64,000 nucleotides of DNA from the NCBI GenBank assembly GCA_964016885.1, contig OZ024756.1:5642001-5706000 (forward strand), read 5' to 3'. Origin of the DNA: Eledone cirrhosa (lineage: Eukaryota). This document shows positions 13,146 to 26,400 of this stretch, piece after piece. The position numbers and the translations under genes were made by a program. Numbering within the stretch: the stretch's first letter is position 1; each line of letters opens with the position of its first letter. The notes beneath the pieces were generated by a model that worked only from the letters and a program-made list of their open reading frames with translations, was not told where the DNA came from and ran no database searches.

Positions 13146-13320
13146 ATCTACCTATCTACCTATCTCTCTATCTCTCTACCTCTCTATCTATCTATATATA
13201 TATCTATATATCTATATATCTATCTATCTATCTACCTATCTATCTATCTCTCTTATTCATCCATCTATCTATCTACCCATCTAGCTCTACCTCTCTCTCC
13301 ATATATATATACATACACAT
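13030..13320. repeat. Degenerate (TATC)n tract
   Basis: Direct. Confidence 0.9.
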
Positions 13321-13408
13321 CATAAATATATATACATGTATTTACATGGTTATAACTATATATGGACCTGTAGAAATATGTGTAAACTTGTGTGTGTGTA
13401 TATTCATA

Positions 13409-13722
13409 TAATGGTTTTTACTTTTGGCACAAGGCCAGCAATTACCCAGTACATTACTGGTACTTTATTTTATCGACCCCGTAAGGATGAAAGGCAAAGT
13501 TAACCTCGGCGGGATTTGAATTCAGATCGTAAAGGGACGTAACTATGCTGGAAAGCATGGCGTCCGACCCTCTACTGATACTGCCAATCCACCGCCCTGT
13601 TTTCATATAATTGTTTCTACTTTTGGCACAAGGCCAGCAATTATCCCAGTACATTACTGGTACTTTATTTTATCGACCCCGTAAGGATGAACGGCAAAGT
13701 AAACCTCAGCGGGAATTGAGTT
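13409..13722 (-). mobile_element. Two tandem SINE family A copies (13409-13598 full, 13608-13722 partial)
   Basis: Both carry GGCACAAGGCCAGCAATTA...TTTATCGACCCCGTAAGGATGAA. Confidence 0.88.
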
Positions 13723-14044
13723 ATATATTTCAGGTTTTATGTGTGGTTTATATGGGAGTTATATGCCAGTAGATATTTTTATATAGAACAAAAAAAAATG
13801 TCATAGGAGAAAGAAAAATACAATGACAAACTGTTTACGACATATAGACGGACTGATTGATCGGTTATAGAAGATTCGATTCGGATCAATAACACCAATT
13901 TCACGAGTTAAGCTTCAGTACATCGAACCTAGAAACCTTCAAAATACCACGAATAAATACCGTAAAATTGACAACAAATACCGTTACTGCTGTTCCTACC
14001 AATAATTATACTATCTGTGATAATAATGATAGTAATATTAACAA

Positions 14045-14055
14045 TAGTAGTAGTT

Positions 14056-14115
<60 letters not shown>

Positions 14116-14228
14116 ATGGTGGGGTTGTCGCTAGTAGTAGAAGTAATTATGTTGGTGGGATTAGTAGTGGCAATAGTAGTAGTAGTAATTGTTATACTGG
14201 TGAGGTGGAGCTAGTAGTAGTAGCAGTG

Positions 14229-14283
<55 letters not shown>

Positions 14284-14412
14284 AGGTGGTAGTAGTAGCA
14301 GTAGTAGTGGCACTAGTAGTGGTAGTCATAGTAGTGGTAGTAGTAGTGGTAGTAGTAGTAGTAGCATCATTATTATTGTTATTATTATTATTAGTAGTAG
14401 TAGTAGTAGTAA

Positions 14413-14454
<42 letters not shown>

Positions 14455-14485
14455 CTGTAGTAGTAGTAGTAGTAGTAGTCATAGT
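14045..14485. repeat. (TAG)n trinucleotide repeat
   Basis: Direct. Confidence 0.95.
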
Positions 14486-14773
14486 AAACCAGAGTGATAG
14501 TCAACTTGATATTGAAGCAGTAAATGTCAGGTCTTAGTTAAATACAGAAGAGTTTAATTCTAGTTGTTAGGTTTCAAACAACCCCAGATCTGAAATAGCA
14601 TCACATTCTCCTTATATACATATTACAGTGTAGAGGGCAGCGACGGGGTCTCCGTTCCGGCAACCTATATATATAGGTAGCCGGATTAACCCACTCGATA
14701 TGCAAATTGGGCTACTCAGCCGTTAATATGCATAAGGTAAGTATATACGGTCAACAATCTGGCAGGAAGGTAT

Positions 14774-14816
14774 ACGTTGCTGACGATAGCTAACAAGCTT
14801 GAAACTAGTACAGCGT
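14774..14816 (+). ncRNA. Minimal type I hammerhead ribozyme motif
   Basis: ACGUUG-CUGACGA-UAGC-UAACAA-GCUU-GAA-ACUAGU-A^CAGCGU. Stem I has 6 bp, stem III is the palindrome ACUAGU, the site is GUA, and there is a U-U at the base of stem II. Confidence 0.72.
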
Positions 14817-15081
14817 TCCTTTGTCAGTGTTGAACAAACGAGCAACAGTGGTTGCTAGGCACTACGGCTTAATACGGGATGTTTGTTTACAAACACACCG
14901 AGCATTATAATAAATATTCGGTGAATCCATACGTGCATATATATATATGTGTGCATGTATGTATATATATATATACATACTACTGTACGTCGGTATACAT
15001 ATATGTATGTACGTGTACATACTTATATTTAAGTAACAGCCGTACTAAGAGTGGGAAATGAAATATCGTTTCATTTTTTCC

Positions 15082-15136
<55 letters not shown>

Positions 15137-15141
<5 letters not shown>

Positions 15142-15440
15142 ATATTAAATAAATGGAAAATATATTTATAAAACCATATTTATTCTATTATATATATTTC
15201 AAGGGTACCAAAACTTTGGTACGTTCACATCAGATAAAATACGAAGTTTGTTTTATAAATATTGACATAACCAGGAATTGGATCTTAACGGTTTAAGTTA
15301 TTCCTGGATAGTCAATATTTATAAAACAAACTTTGTATTTTATCTGAAGAGAGCGTACCAAAGTTTTGGTACCCTTGAAATATATATAATAGAATAAATA
15401 TGGTTTTATAAATATAGTTTCCATTTATTTAATATCATTG
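15137..15440. repeat. Inverted repeat, ~140-bp arms, ~20-bp spacer
   Basis: CAATGATATTAAATAAATGGAAA...CCAGGAAT mirrors ATTCCTGG...TTTCCATTTATTTAATATCATTG. The left arm starts at the edge of a (TA)n tract. Confidence 0.93.
15336..15396 (+). ncRNA. Type I hammerhead ribozyme motif
   Basis: UAUUUUAU-CUGAAGA-GAGCGUACCAA-AGUU-UUGGUACCCUU-GAA-AUAUAUAU-A^AUAGAAUA. Stem I has 8 bp, stem II is long, and stem III is palindromic. Confidence 0.78.
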
Positions 15441-15532
15441 AATATTATACTCCAGAAAATTTGTTGAGTGCTTTCCATCAGTTATAAACATTTATATTTG
15501 TTGTAATACCAACAAATTGAATATCCCTTTTG

Positions 15533-15569
<37 letters not shown>

Positions 15570-15619
15570 ACATATATGGACCTGTTATTTTTATCTAAAG
15601 ACATATTTTTCCAATTACA

Positions 15620-15785
15620 ACCCACCCGTCCTCTCAATCTATGTTATTTCTCATTCTTTCTTCTGATGAAGGACTAGCGTCCGAAACGTCAAAACCCACT
15701 TACTGTTATATCAAGTGTTAACCTATTATACCTCTTACATATACTGTACCGATTGTGTTGTTATTTCTGTTTACCTTTTATATTC
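15620..15785 (+). mobile_element. Penelope-like element 3'/pseudo-LTR relic (approximate limits)
   Basis: Hammerhead core plus a ~30-nt match to the 2370-2670 element. Bounded by (TA)n tracts. Confidence 0.5.
15655..15695 (+). ncRNA. Minimal hammerhead motif, same family as 2439-2476, stem I degenerate
   Basis: UUCUU-CUGAUGA-A-GGAC-UAGC-GUCC-GAA-ACGU-C^AAAAC. Shares the upstream TTATTTCTCATTCT(A/T)TCTTCTGATGAAGGAC with the 2439-2476 copy. Confidence 0.62.
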
Positions 15786-15849
15786 ATATATATATATATG
15801 GTGGCTGCCAACTCGTTTTCGAGTACGGCCACTACTTTATATCCATGTA

Positions 15850-16171
15850 GGAGAACCCCTACCGATGCGCTGAACGAGTGCGACTTTTTAGTCCAGCCAG
15901 CGACTTGAAAACTCTGGTACAAACACTACACTTGTGACAATTATTGACACATGGTGCTGGGCCCATGGTACCATGTGACGACAAGTGCAGAGAGATCTCC
16001 AGATATAAAGCAATGCCTGTGCCGTGAAGCTTTTATAGTGAGCAAAGGCACTGCACAAAGCCAGTCCCACTCTCTTAACCAAGATGATATTTACCAAAAA
16101 GAAGAACAAGTCAACATCATTGGATACCATCTGGGTTGCAGGTGTTATATCAGAGTTTTCCTTCTCCTAGA
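15850..16171 (-). mobile_element. Possible RTE-type LINE/SINE 5' fragment
   Basis: Minus strand begins CTAGGAGAAGGAAAACTCTGA, a motif I recall from RTE-related elements. The block is GC-richer and lies between TA tracts. No RT or endonuclease motif was seen. Confidence 0.3.
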
Positions 16172-17954
16172 ATATATATATATATATATACACACATTCT
16201 TTGTTTAAACTTTAATATGTTATATAAATATAAATATATATATACATATATTTCGATTTTGAATTTGTTTTGCAAGATTTCTTATTTGAAATATCCTGTT
16301 AAAAGAGATATTATTATACTTGGGGGGAGAGGGGTGGGGTTGTCATGCCGTCAATATAAACACACGCACCTGTTGGTTTTCACTTCAATTAATTATAAAT
16401 TTACTGTTGGTCGGTTGGATAACTCTGCTTCGTAGAATCGAGACATATCTGAGGACCTTGCGATTTCAGAGTCAGGTTCGATCATCACATCGATCATGCC
16501 TCGAGCTGGTCGGCAGAGAAACGATTGTAATATATCCAATAAATTGTATTCGTCGTAACACTGATTCTCCGTTTCTTATTTCTCATGTGATATATATATA
16601 TATATAAGTGTATAGGTATGTAACGTTCGGTTACTGGTGGTTTATATATATTTATATATTTATGACTAAGTTATACTAAAAAAATAATTTTAATTCTACA
16701 TATGTTTCAATGTAGGGTGCAGGGCCATAGCATGATACATACGAAGTTTCTGTACTTGCGCTACATATCTTCAGGAATTTAGATATTGCTATAAGTTTCA
16801 AGAGACAACTCCATAACAAAGATTAGATTCATACCATATCAATTAATACATTGAAAATTACAGGCACAATCAAATGTAACAGCAACATTCTCAGCCAATT
16901 TTGAATTACACACACATATATATACACACACACACACACACACATACACACATGCACACGTACACACACACACACACATATATATATACATATGTATATA
17001 TACATGATCAGTTTATCAGCTATATTCTCATCTATATTCAAACACTTCAATGTGAAGACCTCAAGAATATGTAGCAAAATCTCCCAACACTGTACATGAC
17101 AACCACCTGGCCAGAACGACCTATAATAGGCTTAGTGTGACTGAGAAGGTGAACAAATCAACCAATCTAGCTGTAATAATCAAGGACTGGATTAGATGAT
17201 GAGACATAACAAGAAACGTGCACACAATTATGAATATGTTTAGCGGTTATGTTCAACACATTGGGCTTTTTTTACATTCAGGGAAGGAATTATTGAAATA
17301 CAAAATACCCAGTAATAAATATCTGTACAATATACATAGTAAGAAGGAAGGGGGTGGTAACAGAAGGGAAGATGAGAAAAAGAGTTAGAGAAAAGGGGAA
17401 TCAAGAAACGAAAGAAGGGGGGGCGGACTAGGAGTGACAGACTTTACACCTCAAACTGAGCGGGTGTTCAGCTGTACCCCGTGGATAAAATGGCAAAGTT
17501 ATTGCCAGAGAAGATGGCTACACCAACCACTACACCAACCACTCCGCCTCACGGGTCTTTTCCTCAGAATGGGCTGCTCTCTTTCCGATTTTACTAAAGA
17601 AATCAGCAGTGCAGAGACGGAGGACACTTTATATCAACGGATTCGACATCTACTAATTATTTCAGGTTGTTGCACATTACCTGTTGGTAAATTACAGGTG
17701 ATGTGTTTGTTGTGAAAGAAATGTCCAACAGCCACAAGTATTTACACATCATAAGTGTAATTTTATTTTTTATAAAACAAAATATACCAAAAGAAATGAA
17801 AAAAAAGGTGAAAAGACACCAAATATTCCTTCATATTGATTCTAATTAACGTTTATGACAGACTCAATTCATGACACATTTCCCAATAATTATGATCAGA
17901 GATCAATCGGACCGGAAATATTGATCATCTTATATTTGTTATTGCTATTTATTT

Positions 17955-18211
17955 TCATCATCATCATCATCCTCATCATCTTTGTCGTCATCATCATCAT
18001 CATCATCATCATCTTTGTCATCATCATCATTATCATTATCATCATCATCACCAACATCATCATCATCTTTTTCATCATCATTATCATTATCATCATCTTC
18101 ACCATCATCATCACCATCATCATCTTTGTCATCTTCACCATCATTATCGTCATCATCATAATCTTTATCGTCATCATCACCATTATCATCATCATCAACA
18201 TCCTTCATCAG

Positions 18212-18264
<53 letters not shown>

Positions 18265-18740
18265 GCATTTTTATCATCATCAACATTATCATCATCTTCA
18301 TCATCATTTTTATCAACATCATCACCTTTATCATCATTTTTATAATCATCTTTATAATTATCAACTTTATCATCATCAACTTTATTATCACAATCACCAT
18401 CATCATCACACCGTTATCATCATCCCCACCATCACCATCATCACCATCACCACCGTCATCTCACCATTATCATCACCCCCATCATCACCATCACCATCAT
18501 CACCATCACCATCATCATCACACCATTATCATCATCCCTACCATCACCATCATCACCATCCCCACCATCACCATCATCACCGTCCCACCATCACCATCAT
18601 CACCATCACCATCATCACCATCACCACCATCACCATCATCACCATCACCACCATCATCTCACCATTATCATCTCCCCCATCATCACCATCACCATCATCA
18701 TCGTCATCATGATAATCATCATCATCATCACCATCATTAT
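17955..18740. repeat. (CAT)n grading into (CAT/CAC)n trinucleotide repeat
   Basis: Direct. Confidence 0.95.
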
Positions 18741-18967
18741 TAATACCATTAATATTATTACTATTAATATTATCCTTATTGTTGTTGTTTCGTGTTCCTG
18801 AGTCACTCCAGTTCACCGTTTCCTCAACTTTCTGCCATTTTTAATTTCGCTGTATTTAATATTCTCATTGCATTCGCCATAATCATTTTAAATTTGTTTT
18901 CTCTCTTCCTTCTTCAACTCTTTAAATTCCTTATAACATTTGAAAACACGAACAGTCGTCATTATCA

Positions 18968-19599
18968 GGGCGGTGGATTGGCAGTATCGGTAGAGAGACG
19001 GATGCCATGCTTTGGCGCATAGAGTGACGGCCCTTGCCATTCTGAGTTCAAATCTCGCCGAAGTTAACTTTGCCTTTCATCCTTACGGGGTCGATAAAAT
19101 AAAGTACCAGTAATGTACTGGTAATTGCTGGCCTTGTGCCAAAAGTAAAAACCATTATATGAATATACACACACACAAGTTTACACATATTTCTACAGGT
19201 CCATTTATAGTTATAACCATGGCGGATTGGCAGTATCAGTAGAGGGTCGGACGCCATGCTTTCCAGCATAGTCACGTCCCTTTACGTTCTGAATTCACAT
19301 CCCGCCGAGGTTAACTTTGCCTTTCATCCTTACGGGGTCGATAAAATAAAGTACCAGTAATGTACTGATTTAATTGTTGGCCTTGTGCCTAACGTAGAAA
19401 CAATTATCAGGGCGGTGGATTGGTAGTATCGGTAGAGGGACGGATGCCATCCTTTCCAGCAAAGAGTTACGTCCCTTTACGGTTTGAGTTCAAATCGCGT
19501 TGAGTTTAACTTTGCCTTTCATCAATACGGGGACGATAAAATAACGTACCAGTAATGTACTAGGTTATTGCTGGCCTTGAGTCAAATATACAAACAATT
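18968..19599 (+). mobile_element. Three tandem SINE family A copies (18968-19158, 19221-19406, 19409-19599)
   Basis: Each reads GGATTGG(C/T)AGTATC...TTAACTTTGCCTTTCATC...CGATAAAATAA.GTACCAGTAATGTACT. Confidence 0.9.
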
Positions 19600-19641
19600 C
19601 TAATGTCGGTAACTCCAATAATATCTAAACTATAATAAAGT

Positions 19642-20110
19642 AAGGAGTGCGGGATTGCGTCCAGAATATATTTTTTTATCCCGTTTGTAAAATAAGTTGG
19701 ATTACTTTGAATAAATAATGAATGAATATTACATAATTTATCTACTAAATTTTGTAATTATTCATTAAATATAAATAATTGTGTTGCTTATTTTAAGATT
19801 CACTTCTTTAAAATGTTCAAAGGTCAACACTTCCGGTTAGCGAACGCTTAAATAATCATTTATATATTTCCGGCACTAATTTTTTTCCTAATGCAATTTA
19901 TATATAATATCGTCATTTTTTATTGTATCATGGATTGCGTTACTGATTACATAAGACCGTGTAACACAGTCTTCGTTCAATTTCTGTGTATATTGTCAAC
20001 TATACTTTTAATTGATGTATATCTACATGTATATATACTTACGTATAATATCAATATACACACTATATATGGTACGAGAAACACAACCTGAGTGGAGGTT
20101 TTTCTGCTAG
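19642..20110. repeat. Diverged ~470-bp repeat, inverted partner of 7690-8163
   Basis: Collinear reverse-complement matches as listed for 7690-8163. Confidence 0.85.
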
Positions 20111-20420
20111 TCATTACAATGTTGATGACTCCAACAATCATCATTATAATATTGCTAACTCTGACAATCGACGTTAGAATCTTGCTAACTGTCTTTCTAT
20201 ATATAGTAACGTTAGAATGGTCAATTACGTATACACTCTCTTTAATACAGATCTCGCAACATCTCACCATACTTTCCCTGTCTCTCTCATATTATATCAC
20301 TGCTTTCTTATTCAAACCACTACTGATTCTATGGCCGACGACTTTGAAAATAGTCTCAACTCTGGTTCTGCAAATCGTATCTCGTTCCTCAATAACAGAA
20401 AATACACAGTCAATGGACAG

Positions 20421-23400
20421 AGAGACAGAGTTACTATATATAGAAAGACAGTTATTATATATAGAAAAACAGTTACTATATATAGAAAGACTGTTACTAT
20501 ATATAGAAAGACACAGTTACTATATATAGAAAGACAGTTACTATATATAGAAAGACAGTTACTATATATAGAAAGACACAGTTACTATATATAGAAAGAC
20601 AGTTACTATATATAGAAAGACACAGTTACTATATATAGAAAGACAGTTACTATATATAGAAAGACAGTTACTATATATAGAAAGACACAGTTACTATATA
20701 TAGAAAGACACAGTTACTATATATAGAAAGACACAGTTACTATATATAGAAAGACAGTTACTATATATATAAAGACGGTTATTATAGATAGAAATACAGT
20801 TACTATATATAGAAAGACAGTTACTATATATAGAAAGACAGTTACTATATATAGAAAGACACAGTTACTATATATAGAAAGACAGTTACAAATATATAGA
20901 AAGACAGTTACTATATATAGAAAGACACAGTTACTATATATAGAAAGACAGTTACTATATATAGAAAGACACAGTTACTATATATAGAAAGACAGTTACT
21001 ATATATAGAAAGACAGTTACTATATATAGAAAGACACAGTTACTATATATAGAAAGACAGTTACTATATATAGAAAGACACGGTTACTATATATAGAAAG
21101 ACAGTTACTATATATAGAAATACACAGTTACTATATATGGAAATACAGTTACTATATATAGAAAGACAGTTACTATATATAGAAAGACACAGTTACTATA
21201 TATAGAAAGACAGTTACTATATATAGAAAGACACAGTTACTATATATAGAAAGACAGTTACTATATATAGAAAGACAGTTACTATATATAGAAAGACTGT
21301 TACTATATATAGAAAGACACAGTTACTATATATAGAAAGACAGTTACTATATATAGAAAGACAGTTACTATATATAGAAAGACACAGTTACTATATATAG
21401 AAAGACAGTTACTATATATAGAAAGACACAGTTACTATATATAGAAAGACAGTTACTATATATAGAAAGACAGTTGCTATATATAGAAAGACACAGTTAC
21501 TATATATAGAAAGACAGTTACAAATATATAGAAAGACAGTTACTATATATAGAAAGACACAGTTACTATATATAGAAAGACAGTTACTATATATAGAAAG
21601 ACACAGTTACTATATATAGAAAGACAGTTACTATATATAGAAAGACAGTTACTATATATAGAAAGACACAGTTACTATATATAGAAAGACAGTTACTATA
21701 TATAGAAAGACACGGTTACGATATATAGAAAGACAGTTACTATATATAGAAAGGCACAGTTACTATATATAGAAAGACAGTTACTATATATAGAAAGACG
21801 GTTACTATATATACAAAGACAGTTACTATATATAGAAAGACACAGTTACTATATATAGAAAGACACAGTTACTATATATAGAAAGACACAGTTACTATAA
21901 AATAGAAAGACAGTTACTATATATAGAAAGACGGTTACTATATATAGAAAGACACAGTTACTATATATAGAAAGACACAGTTACTATATATAGAAATACA
22001 CAGTTACTATATATAGAAATACAGTTACTATATATAGAAAGACAGTTACTATATATAGAAAGACACAGTTACAATATATAGAAAGACACAGTTACTATAT
22101 ATAGAAAGACACAGTTACTACATATAGAAAGACACAGTTACTATATATAGAAAGACAGTTACTATATATAGAAAGACACAGTTGCTATATATAGAAAGAC
22201 ACAGTTGCTATATATAGAAAGACAGTTACTATATATAGAAAGACAATTACTATATATAGACAGACACAGTTACCATATATAGAAAGACAGTTACTATATA
22301 TAGAAAGACAGTTACTATATATAGAAAGACAGTTACTATATATAGACAGACACAGTTACTATATATAGAAAGACACAGTTGCTATATATAGAAAGACAGT
22401 TGCTATATATAGAAAGACAGTTACTATATATAGAAAGAGAGTTACTATATATAGACAGACACAGTTACTATATATAGAAAGACAGTTAGTATATATAGAA
22501 AGACAGTTACTACATATAGAAAGACGGTTACTATATATAGAAAGACAGTTACTATATATAGAAAGACAGTTACTATATATAGACAGACACAGTTACTATA
22601 TATAGAAAGACAGTTAGTATATATATAAAGACAGTTACTATATATAGAAAGACAGTTACTATATATAGAAAGACAGTTACTATATATAGAAAGACAGTTA
22701 CTATATATAGAAAGATACAGTTACTATATATAGAAAGACAGTTAGTATATATAGAAAGACAGTTACTATATATAGAAAGACAGTTACTATATATAGAAAG
22801 ACAGTTACTATATATAGAAAGACAGTTACTATATATAGAAAGACACAGTTGCTATATATAGAAAGACAGTTACTATATATAGAAAGACAGTTACTATATA
22901 TAGACAGACACAGTTACTATATATAGAAAGACAGTTACTATATATAGACAGATACAGTTACTATATATAGACAGATACAGTTACTATATATAGAAAGACA
23001 GTTACTATATATAGAAAGACAGTTACTATATATAGAAAGACAGTTACTATATATAGAAAGACAGTTACTATATATAGACAGACACAGTTACTATCTATAG
23101 ACAGATGCAGTTACTATATATAGACATATACAGTTACTATATATAGAAATAGTGTTACTATATATAGAAATACAGTTACTATATATAGAAAGAAAGTTAC
23201 TATATATAGAAAGACACAGTTACTATATATAGAAAGACAGTTGCTATATATAGACAGACACAGTTACTAAATATAGAAATAATGTTACTATATATAGAAA
23301 GACAGTTACTATATATAGAAAGACACAGTTACTATATATAGAAAGACAGTTACTATATATAGAAAGACGGTTACTATATATAGAAAGACAGTTACTATAT

Positions 23401-26400
23401 ATAGAAAGACAGTTACTATATATAGAAAGACAGTTACTATATATAGAAAGACACAGTTACTATATATAGAAAGACATAGTTACTATATATAGAAAGACAG
23501 AGTTACTATATATAGAAAGACACAGTTACTATATATAGACAGACACATTTACTATAAAATAGAAAGACAGGTACTATATATAGAAAGACGGTTACTGTAT
23601 ATAGAAATACAGTTACTATATATAGAAAGACAGTTACTATATATAGAAAGACACAGTTACTATATATAGAAAGACACAGTTACTACATATAGAAAGACAC
23701 AGTTACTATATATAAAAATACAGTTACTATATATAGAAAGACAGTTACTATATATAGAAAGACACAGTTACTATATATAGAAAGACACAGTTACTATATA
23801 TAGAAAGACACAGTTACTACATATAGAAAGACACAGTTACTATATATAGAAAGACAGTTACTATATATAGAAAGACACAGTTGCTATATATAGAAAGATA
23901 CAGTTGCTATATATAGAAAGACAGTTACTATATATAGAAAGACAATTACTATATATAGAAAGACACAGTTACTATATATAGAAAGACACAGTTACTATAT
24001 ATAGAAAGACACAGTTACTATATATAGAAAGACACAGTTACTATATATAGACAGATACAGTTACTATATATAGAAAGACAATTTCTATATATAGAAAGAC
24101 AGTTACTATATATAGAAAGACAGTTACTATATATAGAAATAGTGTTACTATATATAGAAATACAGTTACTATATATAGAAAGACAGTTGCTATATATAGA
24201 CAGACACAGTTACTATATATAGACAGATACAGTTACTATATATAGATAGATACAGTTACTATATATAGAAATAGTGTTACTATATATAGAAATACAGTTA
24301 CTATATATAGAAAGACAGTTACTATATATAGAAAGACAGTTACTATATATAGAAAGAAACAGTTACTATATATAGAAATACAGTTATTATATATAGAAAG
24401 ACAGTTACAATATATAGAAAGACACAGTTACTATATATAGAAAGACACAGTTACTATATATAGAAAGACACAGTTACTATATATAGAAAGACAGTTACTA
24501 TATATAGAAAGACGGTTACTATATATAGAAATAATGTTACTATATATAGAAAGACAGTTACTATATATAGAAAGACACAGTTACTATATATAGAAAGACA
24601 GTTACTATATATAGAAAGACGGTTACTATATACAGAAAGACAGTTACTATATATAGAAAGACAGTTACTATATATAGAAAGACAGTTACTATATATAGAA
24701 AGACACAGTTACTATATATAGAAAGACACAGTTACTATATATAGAAAGACACAGTTACTATATATAGAAAGACACAGTTACTATATATAGACAGACACAT
24801 TTACTATAAAATAGAAAGACAGTTACTATATATAGAAAGACGGTTACTATATATAGAAATACAGTTACTATATATAGAAAGACAGTTACTATATATAGAA
24901 AGACACAGTTACTATATATAGAAAGACACAGTTTCTATATATAGAAAGACACAGTTACTATATATAGAAATACAGTTACTATATATAGAAAGACAGTTAC
25001 TATATATAGAAAGACACAGTTACTATATATAGAAAGACACAGTTACTATATATAGAAAGACACAGTTACTACATATAGAAAGACACAGTTACTATATATA
25101 GAAAGACAGTTACTATATATAGAAAGACACAGTTGCTATATATAGAAAGATACAGTTGCTATATATAGAAAGACAGTTACTATATATAGAAAGACAATTA
25201 CTATATATAGACAGACACAGTTACTATATATAGAAAGACAGTTACTATATATAGAAAGACAGTTACTGTATATAGAAAGACAGTTACTATATATAGACCT
25301 CAACAGTTACTATATATAGAAAGACACAGTTGCTATATATAGAAAGACAGTTACTATATATAGAAAGATAGTTACTATATATAGAAAGACAGTTACTATA
25401 TATAGAAAGACACAGTTACTATATATAGACAGACACAGTTACTATATATTGTAAGACACAGTTGCTATATATAGAAAGACAGTTACTATATATAGAAAGA
25501 CAGTTACTATATATAGACAGACACAGATACTATATATAGAAAGACAGTTAGTATATATAGACATATACAGTTACTATATATAGACAGATACAGTTACTAT
25601 ATATAGAAAGACAGTTACTATATATAGAAAGACAGTTACTATATATAGAAAGACAGTTACTATATATAGAAATAGTGTTACTATATATAGAAATACAGTT
25701 ACTATATATAGAAAGACAGTTACTATATATAGAAAGACACAGTTACTATATATAGACAGACACAGTTACTATATATTGAAAGACAGGGTTACTATATATA
25801 GACAGATACAGTTACTATATATAGATAGATACAGTTACTATATATAGAAATACAGTTACTATATATAGAAAGACAGTTACTATATATGGAAAGAGACAGT
25901 TACTATATATAGAAAGACAGTTACTATATATAGAAAGACACAGTTACTATATATAGAAAGACAGTTACTATATATAGAAATACAGTTACTATATATAGAA
26001 AGACACAGTTACTATATATAGAAAGACAGTTACTATATATAGAAATACAGTTACTATATATAGAAAGACACAGTTACTATATATAGAAAGACAGTAACTA
26101 TATATAGAAAGACAGTTACTATATATAGAAAGACACAGTTACTATATATAGAAAGACAGTTACTATATATAGAAAGACACAGTTACTATATATAGAAAGA
26201 CAGTTACTATATATAGAAAGACACAGTTACTATATATAGAAAGACAGTTACTATATATAGAAAGACACTGTTACTATATATAGAAAAACAGTTACTATAT
26301 ATAAAAAGACAGTTACTATATATAGAAATACAGTTACTATATATAGAAAGACAGTTACAATATATAGAAAGACACAGTTACTATATATAGAAAGACACAG

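Noticed and set aside
13968-18816. Poly-S/V/T and poly-I/H/M/D ORFs (13968-14537, 17855-18712 and others)
   Set aside because: Translations of (TAG)n and (CAT)n repeats.
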